A DNA stretch of 64,000 nucleotides from Longimicrobiales bacterium (GTDB lineage: Bacteria > Gemmatimonadota > Gemmatimonadetes > Longimicrobiales > Gaopeijiaceae), in contig CBDBCF010000002.1 of assembly GCA_965202985.1 (NCBI GenBank), forward strand, positions 384,001 to 448,000. The letters run 5' to 3'. Below the pieces are notes generated by a model that made no database searches, had not been told where the DNA came from, and worked only from the letters and a program-made list of their open reading frames with translations. This document shows, one piece after another, positions 20,459 to 30,815 of the stretch. Position 1 is the first letter of the stretch. Every line of letters starts with the position of its first letter. The position numbers were made by a program, and so were the translations under genes.

Positions 20459-22006
20459 GTGGCGGCCTCCCGAGTAGCTTCCGGCATTCTCGTCAGCCGG
20501 GTCCTGGGCCTGGTGCGGGAGCGCGCGATCGGCCACTTCTTCGGCACGGGGCCCCTGGCCGAGGCGTGGAAGGCCGCCCTCCGAATCCCCAACGTGATCC
20601 AGAACCTCTTGGGCGAGGGCAGCCTGAGCGCTTCGTTCGTGCCCGTCTACGTTCGCCTGCTGGAGGAAGGGCGCGAGCGCGACGCCGGTCGAGTCGCCGG
20701 GGCAGTCCTGGGGCTCCTGGTCGCCGCGGCGGGCGCCCTGGCCCTGCTGGGCAGCGCCGCCGCCCCGTGGGTCGTGCACGTCCTTCTGCCGGGCTTCCGG
20801 AGCGATCCCTACAAGGCGGAGGTCACCGCGTCCCTGCTGCGCCTGGTCTTTCCCATGACGGCCGTCCTGGTCGTGTCGGCCTGGCTGCTGGGGATCCTGA
20901 ACAGCCATCGCAAGTTCTTCGTCTCCTACGTGGCGCCGGCCCTGTGGAACCTGTCCATGATCGGCGCGCTGGCGGCGGGCGGCATATGGCGGGGCGTCGA
21001 GGGCGTGGACCTGGTGCTGACGCTGGGCTGGGGCGCCTTGGCCGGGGGCGTCCTTCAGGCGCTTTTTCAGCTTCCGTTCGCCGTTCGCCACCTCCGGCAC
21101 GTCGTCCCGTCGACAAGGCTTCGCATGTCGGAGGTGCGCGAAGTGCTGGCCAACTTCGTCCCAGCCACGACGGCGCGGGGCGTCGTGAACCTGAGTGCCC
21201 TGCTGGACTTCTTCCTGGCCTCGCTGCTGGCCTCGAACGCGATCGCGCTGCTGGGGTACGCCCAGACGCTCTACCTTCTGCCCCTGTCCCTCTTCGGCCT
21301 CTCGGTGGCCGCGGCCGAGCTGCCCGAACTCTCCCGCGACCAAACGGCCGGCATGGCGGCCGTCAAAGGCCGGGCCGAAGCGGCCGTGGCGCGCGTCCTC
21401 TTCTGGCTGGTTCCCTCGGGCGTCGGCTACATCCTGTTCCGGGAGCAGGCGATGGCCCTCTACGTGACCGGCGCGTTCGGCCCCGGCGACGCCGCCGCGG
21501 CCGGCGTGGTCTTGGCGGTCTATGCACTGGGCCTTCCGGCTTCGGGCGCGTCGCGCGTCGCGTCCTCTGCCTTCTTCGCCCTGGGCGACACGCGGACGCC
21601 CTTCCGGGCCGCCTGTCTTCGGGTCGTCGCGTCCGCGGGCGCGGGCGCGGCCCTCATGTTTCCACTGGACCGAATGCAGGCGGGTGGACTCGGGCTGGGC
21701 GCCGCGGGACTGGCGAGCGGCGCGGCCCTGGGCAGCTGGTTGGAGCTGGCGGTCTTGAAGCGCAGCCTGGGGCGGCGGCTCGCCGGCCTTTCCTTCGCAG
21801 GCCCCCGTGTTGCCCGACTCCTGGCGGCGTGCCTCCCGGCGGCGGGCGCCGGATGGGCAGCCCGACACCTGCTGTCGTCTCTCCATCCGCTGGCCGAAGG
21901 GGCCGGCACGCTGGCTGCGTTCGGCGTCGTCTACCTGCTTGCCGTCCGCGTCCTGCGCGCGACGCCCGCCACGGACGAGCCTCCTGCGCCACTACGAAAG
22001 GGCTGA
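20459..22006 (+). CDS. murJ: Lipid II flippase MurJ/MviN
   Basis: SRVLGLVRE, IPNVIQNLLGEGSLSASFVPVY, FFALGDTRTP, many TM helices. Confidence 0.94.
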   Translation: MAASRVASGILVSRVLGLVRERAIGHFFGTGPLAEAWKAALRIPNVIQNLLGEGSLSASFVPVYVRLLEEGRERDAGRVAGAVLGLLVAAAGALALLGSAAAPWVVHVLLPGFRSDPYKAEVTASLLRLVFPMTAVLVVSAWLLGILNSHRKFFVSYVAPALWNLSMIGALAAGGIWRGVEGVDLVLTLGWGALAGGVLQALFQLPFAVRHLRHVVPSTRLRMSEVREVLANFVPATTARGVVNLSALLDFFLASLLASNAIALLGYAQTLYLLPLSLFGLSVAAAELPELSRDQTAGMAAVKGRAEAAVARVLFWLVPSGVGYILFREQAMALYVTGAFGPGDAAAAGVVLAVYALGLPASGASRVASSAFFALGDTRTPFRAACLRVVASAGAGAALMFPLDRMQAGGLGLGAAGLASGAALGSWLELAVLKRSLGRRLAGLSFAGPRVARLLAACLPAAGAGWAARHLLSSLHPLAEGAGTLAAFGVVYLLAVRVLRATPATDEPPAPLRKG

Positions 22007-22010
22007 AGCC

Positions 22011-23861
22011 GTGGGGCAGGGGATTCCCTTCGAGCCCGGTCGCCTGAACCGGCTTCCCGCCAAGCCCGGCGTCTACCTCTTCGCCGGCGAGCAGGGCGAG
22101 GTCCTCTACGTCGGCAAGGCCAAGTCGCTGCGGGCGCGCCTCAAGTCGTACCTGGCCAAGGGCGCCGACCCGAGCATCAAGACGCGGGAGCTGGTCCGTC
22201 GCGCGAAGACCGTCGAGACGCTGGTCGTGGGTTCCGAGGCCGAGGCCCTCATACTGGAAGCCAACCTGATCAAGGAGCACAAGCCTCGCTTCAACATCCA
22301 GCTCAAGGACGACAAGAAGTACCCGTACGTGAAGGTCACCGTCAACGAGCCTTTCCCCCGGGCGTACCTGACGCGGACGGTTCGCAGGGACGGCGCCCGC
22401 TACTTCGGCCCCTTCGTCTCGGTGGGCCGCGTTAGGCAGGCGCTCGAAGCGCTCAAGCGCGCCCACTTCGTCCGTTCGTGCCGATACGACCTGCCGGGCG
22501 ACGCGCCCCCGCGCCCTTGCCTGGACCACCACATCGGAAGATGCCGAGCGCCGTGCGTGGGGTTGCAGTCGCAGGCCGACTACGCGGGGCTGATCGAGCG
22601 GCTGCTCGCGATCCTGGCAGGAGATGTGGCCAAGGTTCAAGCGGAAGTTGAGGCCGAGATGCACAAGTCCTCACAACACATGGACTTCGAGCGTGCGGCC
22701 CAGCTGCGCGATGTCCTGGCTGGCCTGGACGGGATCGCTCGCCAGCAGCGGGTGCAGGCCGTGGGCGGCGGCGACCACGACATCGTTGGGATGGCCCGGG
22801 ACGGCCCCGGGGCCGCCGTGGTGACGCTGCGGGTTCGGAACGGCGTGCTGGTCGGGCGCGAGACCCGCTTCATGACGGGGGCGGAAGGGGAACCCGACGA
22901 GGCGCTGATCTCGCGCTTCGCGTCCGACGAATACCTGCCGGGCAGCCGGCGCGGCGCGGACCTGCTGCCGCGCGAGGTGCTCGTGCCCCGGGACTTTCCC
23001 GACCGCGGGGCGCTTGAAGCGGTGCTCGCCGACCGGGCGGGGCGCCGAGTCGAGGTGCGCGTGCCGAAGCGGGGCGCGAAGGCGCGGCTCCTGGGCCTGG
23101 CCGCCGACAACGCCCGCCATGCATTGAACGACCGCGTGCGTCAAGGCAGTCCGCTGACCGTGCGCGCGGACGACGTGCTCTACGAGCTGCAGGAGCGCCT
23201 GGACTTGAAGGTCGTGCCCCGACTTGCGGCGTGCTTCGACGTGTCCCACACGCAGGGCTCCGAGACCGTCGCCGCGGCGGTGCTCTTCGAGAACGGCGAA
23301 CCGAAAAAGACCGGCTACCGCCGGATGCGAATCCGGGGCGACTGGGGCAACGACGACTACCGCTCGATGGCGGAGGCGGTGCGCCGCTACTTCGACCGCC
23401 GAGTGCGTGAAGGCGAGCCGCTGCCGGACCTGACGGTGGTCGACGGCGGACGGGGGCAGCTCGCGGCGGCTTGCGAAGCGTTGGCCGGGCTGGACGTGCG
23501 CGGCGTGGCTCTGGCCGCGCTGGCCAAGAGGAAAGAGCACGTGTTCCGGCCCGGTGCCCGACAGCCGATCCGGTTGCCGCGGACGGACCGGTCGCTTCAC
23601 CTGCTGCAGCGGATGCGCGACGAGGCGCATCGGTTCGCCGTGGGCTACAATCGCCATCTCCGGTCCCGGCGCACCGTGCGCTCGGCGCTGGGCGACGTTC
23701 CGGGCGTAGGTCCCAAGCGGCAACAGGCGCTCTTGGCGCGCTTCGGGTCGGTGCGTGCAGTCCGCGAGGCAACCGCCCAGGAGATCGGTCGGGTGCCCGG
23801 CTTCAGCGAAGCGATGGGCGTTCGCATCCTGACGTGGCTCGACCGGGCGGGCGGCCGTTGA
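22011..23861 (+). CDS. uvrC: Excinuclease ABC subunit C
   Basis: PGVYLF, LYVGKAKSLRAR (GIY-YIG), CFDVSH, VDGGRGQL, RDEAHRFA, C-terminal HhH. Confidence 0.97.
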   Translation: MGQGIPFEPGRLNRLPAKPGVYLFAGEQGEVLYVGKAKSLRARLKSYLAKGADPSIKTRELVRRAKTVETLVVGSEAEALILEANLIKEHKPRFNIQLKDDKKYPYVKVTVNEPFPRAYLTRTVRRDGARYFGPFVSVGRVRQALEALKRAHFVRSCRYDLPGDAPPRPCLDHHIGRCRAPCVGLQSQADYAGLIERLLAILAGDVAKVQAEVEAEMHKSSQHMDFERAAQLRDVLAGLDGIARQQRVQAVGGGDHDIVGMARDGPGAAVVTLRVRNGVLVGRETRFMTGAEGEPDEALISRFASDEYLPGSRRGADLLPREVLVPRDFPDRGALEAVLADRAGRRVEVRVPKRGAKARLLGLAADNARHALNDRVRQGSPLTVRADDVLYELQERLDLKVVPRLAACFDVSHTQGSETVAAAVLFENGEPKKTGYRRMRIRGDWGNDDYRSMAEAVRRYFDRRVREGEPLPDLTVVDGGRGQLAAACEALAGLDVRGVALAALAKRKEHVFRPGARQPIRLPRTDRSLHLLQRMRDEAHRFAVGYNRHLRSRRTVRSALGDVPGVGPKRQQALLARFGSVRAVREATAQEIGRVPGFSEAMGVRILTWLDRAGGR

Positions 23862-23873
23862 GGCCCGCCCCTT

Positions 23874-23903
23874 TTGACCGGAGGTCGGGATGCGGCTTAT
23901 CTT
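23874..23903 (+). promoter_or_regulatory. Putative sigma70 promoter for the TPR lipoprotein gene
   Basis: TTGACC-18 nt-TATCTT in an intergenic region. AAGGAG RBS at 23945-23950. Confidence 0.4.
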
Positions 23904-23955
23904 TGTTCTTCCCTAGGATGCGCACGCAGCGCAGGAAACGACTCAAGGAGAACTC

Positions 23956-25353
23956 GTGTTGAAGAAGCTTCGGTTCGGCTTTGCGCTGGCGGCCGCAGGC
24001 GCCCTCTCGCTGGGCGGTTGCGCCTCCGGCTCCGGCGGAGGAGGCGGCGGCGGCGAGGAAGGGAACCCGCCCCGGGAGAACAGTCACACCCGGAGCGCCG
24101 AACTCGCCCTGACCCAGGCCATGGCCCTGGGCGACCCCAGCCGCTTCGACGCGGCGCTGGAGGCTGCTTCCAACGCCATCGCCGAAGAGCCCACCAACCC
24201 GCTTGGGTACTTCCAGGCGGGTCGGGCGCAGATCGGTCTAGAGGACTACTCGGCGGCGGACACCCTCTTCGACGCGGCGCTGGACCTTTACCCCGCATAC
24301 GCCGAGGACGTGAGGATTCAGCGCGAGAACGCTTGGATCACCATGTTCAACGCCGCCATCGAGCCCCTCAACACGGGCAACCACGAAGAAGGGGTTCGGA
24401 TGCTCGAGATGGCCGAGCTCGTCTTTCCCGGACAGCGCCCCGAGGCCCTCATCAACTTGGGCGTCAGCTACGGCAACCTGGGCCGCGGCGACGACGCCAT
24501 CGAGGCCTTCGGCCGTGCGCTGGCCGTGATTCGGGGGCCGCAGCCGGAGACGACGGACAGCGCCACGTACGCCGGTTGGATGGAGAGCGAAGCCAGCGTG
24601 ACCTTCAACCGAGCCCAGCTCCTGAGCCAGGCCGAGCGCTACGAGGAGGCGGCCGCCGAGTACGAGACGTACCTGGAGTCGAACCCCGGCAACATCTCCG
24701 CGCTTTCCAGCTTGGCGGCGGTCATGTCCCAGTCGGGCATGGCGGACTCGGCGCAGGCCATCTACGACCACTTGCTGACCCAGCCGGACCTGGGCCCCCG
24801 CGAGTACTTCAACGTCGGCGTCGGGCTTTACAGCGCCGAAGTGTTCGATCGGGCGGCCGAGGCGTTCCAGGCCGTCGCCGAAACGGCGCCCCAGAACCGG
24901 GACGCCCTCTACAACTGGGCCCAGTCCCTGTACGAAGCGGAGGCGTGGGAGGACCTCCTGCCGGTTGCCCAGGACTTGCTGGAACTGGATCCGCACAACA
25001 GCAACAGCTACCATATCCTGGCCCGCGCCCTCATCAACACCGACGACGAACAACAGGCCGTGCAAGTTCTTCAAGCCGGCGAGGACTTGGCATTCAACTT
25101 GGAGGACACCCAGCTCCAGCCTCGGAGCTCGGGCGGCGGTTCAGTCAACGGCAATCTGACGAATCGATCCTTGGAGGCCGGCGCCACGGTCGCCATTCGC
25201 GTCCACTTCATCAGCGACGACGGGATCGTGGCCGGCTCCGTGGACATTCGCGTGACCGCCCCGGAGCCGGAGAACACGGAACCGTTCGTGGCCGACCTCG
25301 CGAGCAGCGAGAGCATCTTGGGGTTCTACTTCGAGGTGTTGAGTCCGAACTGA
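23956..25353 (+). CDS. TPR-repeat lipoprotein with C-terminal beta-sandwich domain
   Basis: Lipobox LGGC, multiple TPR-like helices (ALINLGVSYGNLGRGDDAIEAF), beta-rich tail. Confidence 0.85.
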   Translation: MLKKLRFGFALAAAGALSLGGCASGSGGGGGGGEEGNPPRENSHTRSAELALTQAMALGDPSRFDAALEAASNAIAEEPTNPLGYFQAGRAQIGLEDYSAADTLFDAALDLYPAYAEDVRIQRENAWITMFNAAIEPLNTGNHEEGVRMLEMAELVFPGQRPEALINLGVSYGNLGRGDDAIEAFGRALAVIRGPQPETTDSATYAGWMESEASVTFNRAQLLSQAERYEEAAAEYETYLESNPGNISALSSLAAVMSQSGMADSAQAIYDHLLTQPDLGPREYFNVGVGLYSAEVFDRAAEAFQAVAETAPQNRDALYNWAQSLYEAEAWEDLLPVAQDLLELDPHNSNSYHILARALINTDDEQQAVQVLQAGEDLAFNLEDTQLQPRSSGGGSVNGNLTNRSLEAGATVAIRVHFISDDGIVAGSVDIRVTAPEPENTEPFVADLASSESILGFYFEVLSPN

Positions 25354-25412
25354 CGGCTGTGCCCTTGGCGACGGAGGGCGGCGCATCGCGCCGGGATCGT
25401 CGCGGACGTGCC

Positions 25413-25485
25413 GCGGGAGTAGCTCAGGTGGTAGAGCATCAGCTTCCCAAGCTGAGGGTCGCGGGTTCGAGTCCCGTCTCCCGCT
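25413..25485 (+). tRNA. tRNA-Gly (CCC)
   Basis: Acceptor GCGGGAG/CTCCCGC, anticodon arm TCAGC-TT-CCC-AA-GCTGA, GGTTCGAGTCC T-arm. CCA not encoded. Confidence 0.97.
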
Positions 25486-25590
25486 TTGTCGCGCCAAGGG
25501 CTTCGGCCCCGTATGTTCAGGGCCGTGTTCGGGACCGTAAGCCCGGCGGGGCTTCGGATCCCGCTAGCTCCCCGAACCGGAGGCCTACTC

Positions 25591-26469
25591 ATGCACCGAC
25601 GCACCTTGTGGCTGGCATTGCTCGCTGCACACGTGGCCGCGGCCGGCACGGCCGCTGCGCAAACCCCTCGAGACGAACTCTTGCGCCAGGCGGAAGCCGC
25701 CCGAGGCTCGGCGGACTTCGCGACGGTCCTTCAAGGGGCGACCGCCGCTCGCCTGCTGGGCGACTACGGAGAGGCCGAGGGGCTGCTGGAACGGTCCACC
25801 GAAGCTCTTCGGCAGGCCGACGAGGCCTGGGTCAACGAGATGATCTTCTTTGCCCTGGCTTCGGGACAGGGGGTCAACGGCATGCAGCGCGCCCTCCGCG
25901 AGGCTCGCACCCGCGTCCGCATGACGCCGGTTCAGATCGCCTCGGTCGCCAACACTTTCCCCGCGTTGCTGGTGGGCGGAGAGTTCGACGAGATGATCTT
26001 GAGCTTGGCGCCGGATCACCCCGATCCCGCGTACCGCTGCTCGTGCCAAGCGGAGAAGGCCTGGGTGCACCGGGTCGCGGGCAACCAGCACGAGTCGCGC
26101 ATCCTGTGGGGAGAGCTCGTGGCGGCTTGGGACCGCAACCCCCTGGAGTTCGAGGACGCGGACGCCCAAGCCAACTGGCAAGGCCAGTACGCCCGCAACC
26201 TGGCCCGCGCCGGCCGGCTCGCCGATGCGCGAGTGGCGCTGGACAAGGCCATGAACATGCCCGTGAGCGACGCCGCGCGGCCCATGGTCCAGCGTCGCTG
26301 GGCCCAGACCTACGCGGAGCTCGGCGAGGTCGAACAGGCGATCGCGCTCCTGGAGCCCCTGATCGAAGGTTCGACGCTGGTAACCGTGAACAGCTTGGCG
26401 ACGCGCTACACGTGGGAGCCGGTGCGGCAGAACCTCGCCTTCCAGGAGATGCTCGACCGGCATCGCTGA
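25591..26469 (+). CDS. Secreted alpha-helical (TPR-like) hypothetical protein
   Basis: GGAGG RBS, signal peptide ending AAAQ, helical repeats, C-terminal WEPVRQNLAFQEML. Confidence 0.8.
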   Translation: MHRRTLWLALLAAHVAAAGTAAAQTPRDELLRQAEAARGSADFATVLQGATAARLLGDYGEAEGLLERSTEALRQADEAWVNEMIFFALASGQGVNGMQRALREARTRVRMTPVQIASVANTFPALLVGGEFDEMILSLAPDHPDPAYRCSCQAEKAWVHRVAGNQHESRILWGELVAAWDRNPLEFEDADAQANWQGQYARNLARAGRLADARVALDKAMNMPVSDAARPMVQRRWAQTYAELGEVEQAIALLEPLIEGSTLVTVNSLATRYTWEPVRQNLAFQEMLDRHR

Positions 26470-26515
26470 AGCCGGGTTCCTTCGCCCTTCTCGTGGACGC
26501 GGAGGGGTAGGGACG

Positions 26516-27790
26516 GTGGTGCGCATCGGGGAGGTCGGGGAGGGCTCCGTGGCCGAGGCGATGGAGCTCCGGATCGGGACCCGAATCGTGGCGGTCAACG
26601 GTCGGCGGGTTCGGGACAGCCTGGACTTCGCGTTCTTGGCCGCCGACCGCGAGATGACGATCGAGGCCGTGGAGCCGGACGGCGCATCCGCGGTGTACGA
26701 GATCGCCATGGATCCCGAAGAGCGGTTGGGGATCGTGCCGGCGCCCGACAAGGTTCGAGAGTGCGCCAACGAATGCGTCTTCTGCTTCATCGACGGCAAC
26801 CCGCCCGACGCGCGACCGGCCCTGTGGCTGCGCGACGACGACTTTCGCCTGTCGTTCACCTACGGCAGCTACGTGACCCTGACCAACCTGGGTCCGCGCG
26901 GCCTCCAGCGCTTGGTGGACCAGCGCATCTCGCCCCTGTACGTGAGCGTGCACGCCACCAACCCCGAACTGCGCGTCCGCCTCCTCAAGAACGACCGCGC
27001 CGGGCTGATTCTGGAACAGCTGACCCTCCTGCTGGACGCCGGGTTGCAGGTTCACGCGCAGGTCGTCCTTTGCCCGGAGTGGAACGACGGCCCGGAACTG
27101 GTCCGGACGGTGCGCGAACTCTACGCGCTGGGGCCCGGCGTCCTATCGCTCTCGGTCGTGCCGGTGGGCCTGACGCGCTACAACCTGAACCGGCCCGTGA
27201 GGCTGCTGACGCCCGCGGAGGCCGTTGCGGCCTTGGGGCAGACGCGGACCGTGCGCGAACGGGCCCGGCGGGAGCGCGGCCATGCATGGTGCTACGCCGC
27301 CGACGAACTCTTCCTGATCGCCGGACGAGCGGTTCCCGATTCGTCCTACTACGACGACTGGCCGCTGGTGGAGAACGGCGTCGGGGCGCTGCGAACCCTT
27401 CTGGGCGCCTTCGTCGCCGGCAAGTCCCGCTTGGCGCCCCGAACCGGCGTGGAGCGCGTAAGGATCGTCACGGGCACGTCGATGCGACCGTTCTTCGAGG
27501 AGATGGCAGCCGAGGTTTCGCGACGCATGGCGTGTCCCGCCGAAGTGCGCGCGGTCGAGAACCGGTACTTCGGGCCCACCGTGACCGTGGCCGGGCTGCT
27601 GGCCGGGCGCGACATCCTGGCGGGCGTGGAAGAGTCGCGGCAGGGAGACCTCGTAGTGCTGCCCGAGGAGGCCCTGAACGGAGACCGCGTCTTCGTGGAC
27701 GGCACGTCCCTGGCGGAAGTCGAGCGGGGCCTGCGTCCGGCGACGGTGAAGGCGAGCCGGGAGCTGGTGGAAGCGCTGGCGGGGCCGTGA
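26516..27790 (+). CDS. PDZ / radical-SAM-like / DUF512 protein
   Basis: N-terminal PDZ-like region, CANECVFCFID, DDDFRLSF, ENGVG, TVAGLLAGRD. Upstream of der. Confidence 0.88.
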   Translation: MVRIGEVGEGSVAEAMELRIGTRIVAVNGRRVRDSLDFAFLAADREMTIEAVEPDGASAVYEIAMDPEERLGIVPAPDKVRECANECVFCFIDGNPPDARPALWLRDDDFRLSFTYGSYVTLTNLGPRGLQRLVDQRISPLYVSVHATNPELRVRLLKNDRAGLILEQLTLLLDAGLQVHAQVVLCPEWNDGPELVRTVRELYALGPGVLSLSVVPVGLTRYNLNRPVRLLTPAEAVAALGQTRTVRERARRERGHAWCYAADELFLIAGRAVPDSSYYDDWPLVENGVGALRTLLGAFVAGKSRLAPRTGVERVRIVTGTSMRPFFEEMAAEVSRRMACPAEVRAVENRYFGPTVTVAGLLAGRDILAGVEESRQGDLVVLPEEALNGDRVFVDGTSLAEVERGLRPATVKASRELVEALAGP

Positions 27791-29100
27791 GCCTTCCCGT
27801 GGTTGCGGTCGTGGGCCGACCCAACGTGGGCAAGTCGACCCTCTTCAATCGGGCGGTGGGGAAGCGGGCCGCCATCGTGGACGACGCGCCCGGCGTGACC
27901 CGAGACCGGAACTTCGGGCAGGCGGAGTGGACGGGCCGCCGCTTCTTCGTGGTCGACACGGGAGGCGTCGTCGAGGGGTCGAACCGGGGCATGGACCGCT
28001 TGATCCGCGAACAGGCCATGACCGCCGTCCAGGAGGCCGACCTGGTGGTCCTTCTGGTCGACGCCAAGACGGGCGTTCACCCCTTGGACCAGCGCCTGGC
28101 CGAGGTGCTGCGAAAGACGGCCAAGCCGGTGCTGCTCGCGGTCAACAAGGTGGACGACCTGCCCCATGGAGACGCCCACCTGGACTTCTGGGGCCTGGGC
28201 ATGGGCCGGCCGCGTCCCATGAGCGCGGTGTCCGGGCGGGGCGTCGGCGACCTTCTGGACGCCGTGGTGTCCAAGTTCCCGGCGTCCGCCGAAGAACCCC
28301 CCTCCGGCGACCTTCGGGTCGCGGTCGCCGGGAAGCCCAACGCCGGCAAGTCGTCGTTCGTCAACCGCCTCTTCGGCGAAGAGCGGGTCGTGGTCAGCGA
28401 GCAGGCCGGCACCACCCGCGATCCGGTGGACCACGTGATGCGCTACCACGGCCGCGACCTGGTGTTCGTGGACACGGCGGGGCTTCGTCGCCACGCCCGC
28501 ATCAAGGACGCCGTCGAGTACTACGCCAGCCTGCGGACCGCGCGGGTGGTTCGCGAGTCGGACGTGTGCCTGGTGCTGGTGGACGGCGCCGAGGGGCTGC
28601 ACGGGCAGGACGTGAAGGTTGCGGAGGCGGCTTGGAACGCCGGCTGCGGCGTCGTCCTGGTGTGCAACAAGTGGGACCTGGTGGAGAAGGACGCCCGCAC
28701 GGCCCAGGAGTTCTGCGCGGACGCGCGGCGGCAAGCCCCCTTCCTGAAGGACGTGCCGTTCCTGTTCGCTTCGGCGCGCACGGGGCTGCGCATCCGCAAC
28801 TCGCTGGATTTGGTGCTGGACGTGGCCCGCCGCCGGCGGCAGCGCGTCCCCACCCACGAAGTCAACGAAGCCGTCGACGCCTTGACGCACCGGCAGCCGC
28901 CCCCTCACGCGCGGGGCAGGGCCGTGCGCCTCAAGTACGCCACGCAGGCCGAGACGGCGCCGCCCACGTTCGTCGTCTTCTCCAACCTGCCGGACGCGAT
29001 CCCGGCCCACTACCGTCGTTACATTGCCAACTTCTTGCGGACCCGATGGGACTTCGCCGGCGTGCCGGTTCGGGTCCGCCTGCGAAAGAGCGGCGAATGA
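27787..29100 (+). CDS. der: Ribosome biogenesis GTPase Der
   Basis: Two G domains (GRPNVGKS...DTGG; GKPNAGKS...DTAG) and a KH-like tail. Confidence 0.97.
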   Translation: MSLPVVAVVGRPNVGKSTLFNRAVGKRAAIVDDAPGVTRDRNFGQAEWTGRRFFVVDTGGVVEGSNRGMDRLIREQAMTAVQEADLVVLLVDAKTGVHPLDQRLAEVLRKTAKPVLLAVNKVDDLPHGDAHLDFWGLGMGRPRPMSAVSGRGVGDLLDAVVSKFPASAEEPPSGDLRVAVAGKPNAGKSSFVNRLFGEERVVVSEQAGTTRDPVDHVMRYHGRDLVFVDTAGLRRHARIKDAVEYYASLRTARVVRESDVCLVLVDGAEGLHGQDVKVAEAAWNAGCGVVLVCNKWDLVEKDARTAQEFCADARRQAPFLKDVPFLFASARTGLRIRNSLDLVLDVARRRRQRVPTHEVNEAVDALTHRQPPPHARGRAVRLKYATQAETAPPTFVVFSNLPDAIPAHYRRYIANFLRTRWDFAGVPVRVRLRKSGE

Positions 29101-29801
29101 CGGAGGCGCCGACGAGCATGGCTTGGTTGCTGGTGGCGGCGGCCTACGCGGCGGGGGCGGTCCCGGCGTCGTACTGGATCGGCCTGGCCGTCTACAAGAA
29201 GGACCTGCGCCGGTTGGGCAGCGGCAACCTGGGCGCGACGAACGCCTACCGGATGCTGGGCCCCGGGGTGGGCGCGACCGTGGTCGTCGTGGACGTCTTC
29301 AAGGGGTTTGCGCCGGCGTGGTGGTTTCCGCACTGGGACGGGCAGGAGGCCGCTTGGTGGGCTGCCGCCTACGGGGGCGCGGCGGTCGTGGGTCACGTCT
29401 TCTCGTTCTGGGTGCGGTTTCGGGGCGGCAAGGGCGTGGCGACCACCGCCGGAGTGCTCGGGGCGCTCGCGCCGGGGGCCCTGGCCGCGGGCTTCGCCGT
29501 GTGGCTGCTGGTCGCAGCGACGACCCGGATCGTGTCCTTGGCCTCGATCGCCGCGGCCTTGGCCCTGGCCGTCGCCGCTTGGCTGCTGCCCGACGCCTGG
29601 CTGTTGCCGGACGGCGGTCCGGTCGCGCGAGGGTTCCTGGCCGTGGTGGCCCTGTTCGTGGTGTGGGCGCACCGGTCCAACATTCGGCGGCTCCGGGACG
29701 GCACGGAGAGCCGCATGGGACACGGGAGCGCCGAGGACGCCGCGAGTGCGGCGGAGCGCTTGGCGGGCGCTGGGGGCGGGGCCGGCGAGGATCGCTCGTG
29801 A
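29097..29801 (+). CDS. plsY: Glycerol-3-phosphate 1-O-acyltransferase
   Basis: GSGNLGATN, FRGGKGVAT, HRSNIRRL. Confidence 0.96.
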   Translation: MTEAPTSMAWLLVAAAYAAGAVPASYWIGLAVYKKDLRRLGSGNLGATNAYRMLGPGVGATVVVVDVFKGFAPAWWFPHWDGQEAAWWAAAYGGAAVVGHVFSFWVRFRGGKGVATTAGVLGALAPGALAAGFAVWLLVAATTRIVSLASIAAALALAVAAWLLPDAWLLPDGGPVARGFLAVVALFVVWAHRSNIRRLRDGTESRMGHGSAEDAASAAERLAGAGGGAGEDRS

Positions 29802-30811
29802 AGTCCACCCGGGTTGCGGTGATCGGCGCGGGGGCGTGGGGCACGGCGCTGGCGGGGCTCTTGGCCGACGAGGGGGCGACGGTGCGCCTCTGGGTCCGGG
29901 AGCCCGAAGTCGCGACTTCGATCGCCGAGCGCGGCGAGAACGCCCAATACCTGGACGGCGTCGCCCTGCCGCGCGCTGGCCTGTCCGCCACGCTCTCCTT
30001 GAAGACCGCCCTGTCCGGCGCTCAGGTCGTCGTGTGGGCGTGTCCCGTGCAGTTCTCGGCGGCGCTGCTGGCCGAGGCGGCGGCGCACGTGCCCCCGGAG
30101 GCGCTTCTGGTGAGCGCGTCCAAGGGGATCGAGGCGACGACGCTGCGTCGGATGGACCAAGTGTTCGCGACGGCGCTGCCTTCGCCGCAGCAGGCGCGGC
30201 TGTGCGTGCTGTCGGGCCCCAGCTTCGCCCGCGAAGTGGCCGGCGGCGCCCCGACGGCGGTGGTGGTGGCCAGCCGAGACGAACGGGCGCGGCTGGCCGC
30301 GCAGGCCCTGTTCCAGACCGAACGGTTTCGCGTCTACACGAACCCCGACGTGGTGGGCGTCGAGCTGGGCGGCGCCCTCAAGAACGTGGTGGCTCTGGCC
30401 GCCGGCGTCGCCGCCGGGCTGGACCTGGGGCACAACGCGGTGGCCGCACTGATGACGCGGGGGCTGGCCGAGATGCGCCGATTGGGCGTCGCCATGGGCG
30501 CGCAGGCCGCCACCTTCGCGGGCCTGGCCGGGCTGGGCGACCTGGTTCTGACGTGCACCGGCGGGCTGAGCCGCAACCGGGCCGTGGGACTCCGGCTGGG
30601 GCGCGGCGAGCCGATTGAGCAGATTCTGTCGGGCGCCCGCACGGTTGCCGAAGGCGTGGCCACGGTGCGCGCCGTGCATCGCTTGGCGCGGAGCCTGTCC
30701 GTGGAGATGCCCGTGTCGGAAGAGGTGCACAGGATCGTCGCCGACGGTGCGGACCCGACGGAGGCGCTCCACCGCCTCATGACCCGAGAACCCAAGTCCG
30801 AAAGGATCTGA
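29798..30811 (+). CDS. gpsA: NAD(P)H-dependent glycerol-3-phosphate dehydrogenase
   Basis: GAGAWGTALA, SKGIE, LSGPSFAREV, GVELGGALKNV, GDLVLTC, SRN. Confidence 0.97.
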   Translation: MKSTRVAVIGAGAWGTALAGLLADEGATVRLWVREPEVATSIAERGENAQYLDGVALPRAGLSATLSLKTALSGAQVVVWACPVQFSAALLAEAAAHVPPEALLVSASKGIEATTLRRMDQVFATALPSPQQARLCVLSGPSFAREVAGGAPTAVVVASRDERARLAAQALFQTERFRVYTNPDVVGVELGGALKNVVALAAGVAAGLDLGHNAVAALMTRGLAEMRRLGVAMGAQAATFAGLAGLGDLVLTCTGGLSRNRAVGLRLGRGEPIEQILSGARTVAEGVATVRAVHRLARSLSVEMPVSEEVHRIVADGADPTEALHRLMTREPKSERI

Positions 30812-30815
30812 CCCC

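Noticed and set aside
25413..26469. Genomic island integrated at tRNA-Gly
   Set aside because: No integrase, no duplicated tRNA 3' end, and composition similar to core genes.
29578..29613. AWLLPD-AWLLPD duplication in plsY
   Set aside because: Small in-frame loop duplication with no evident significance.
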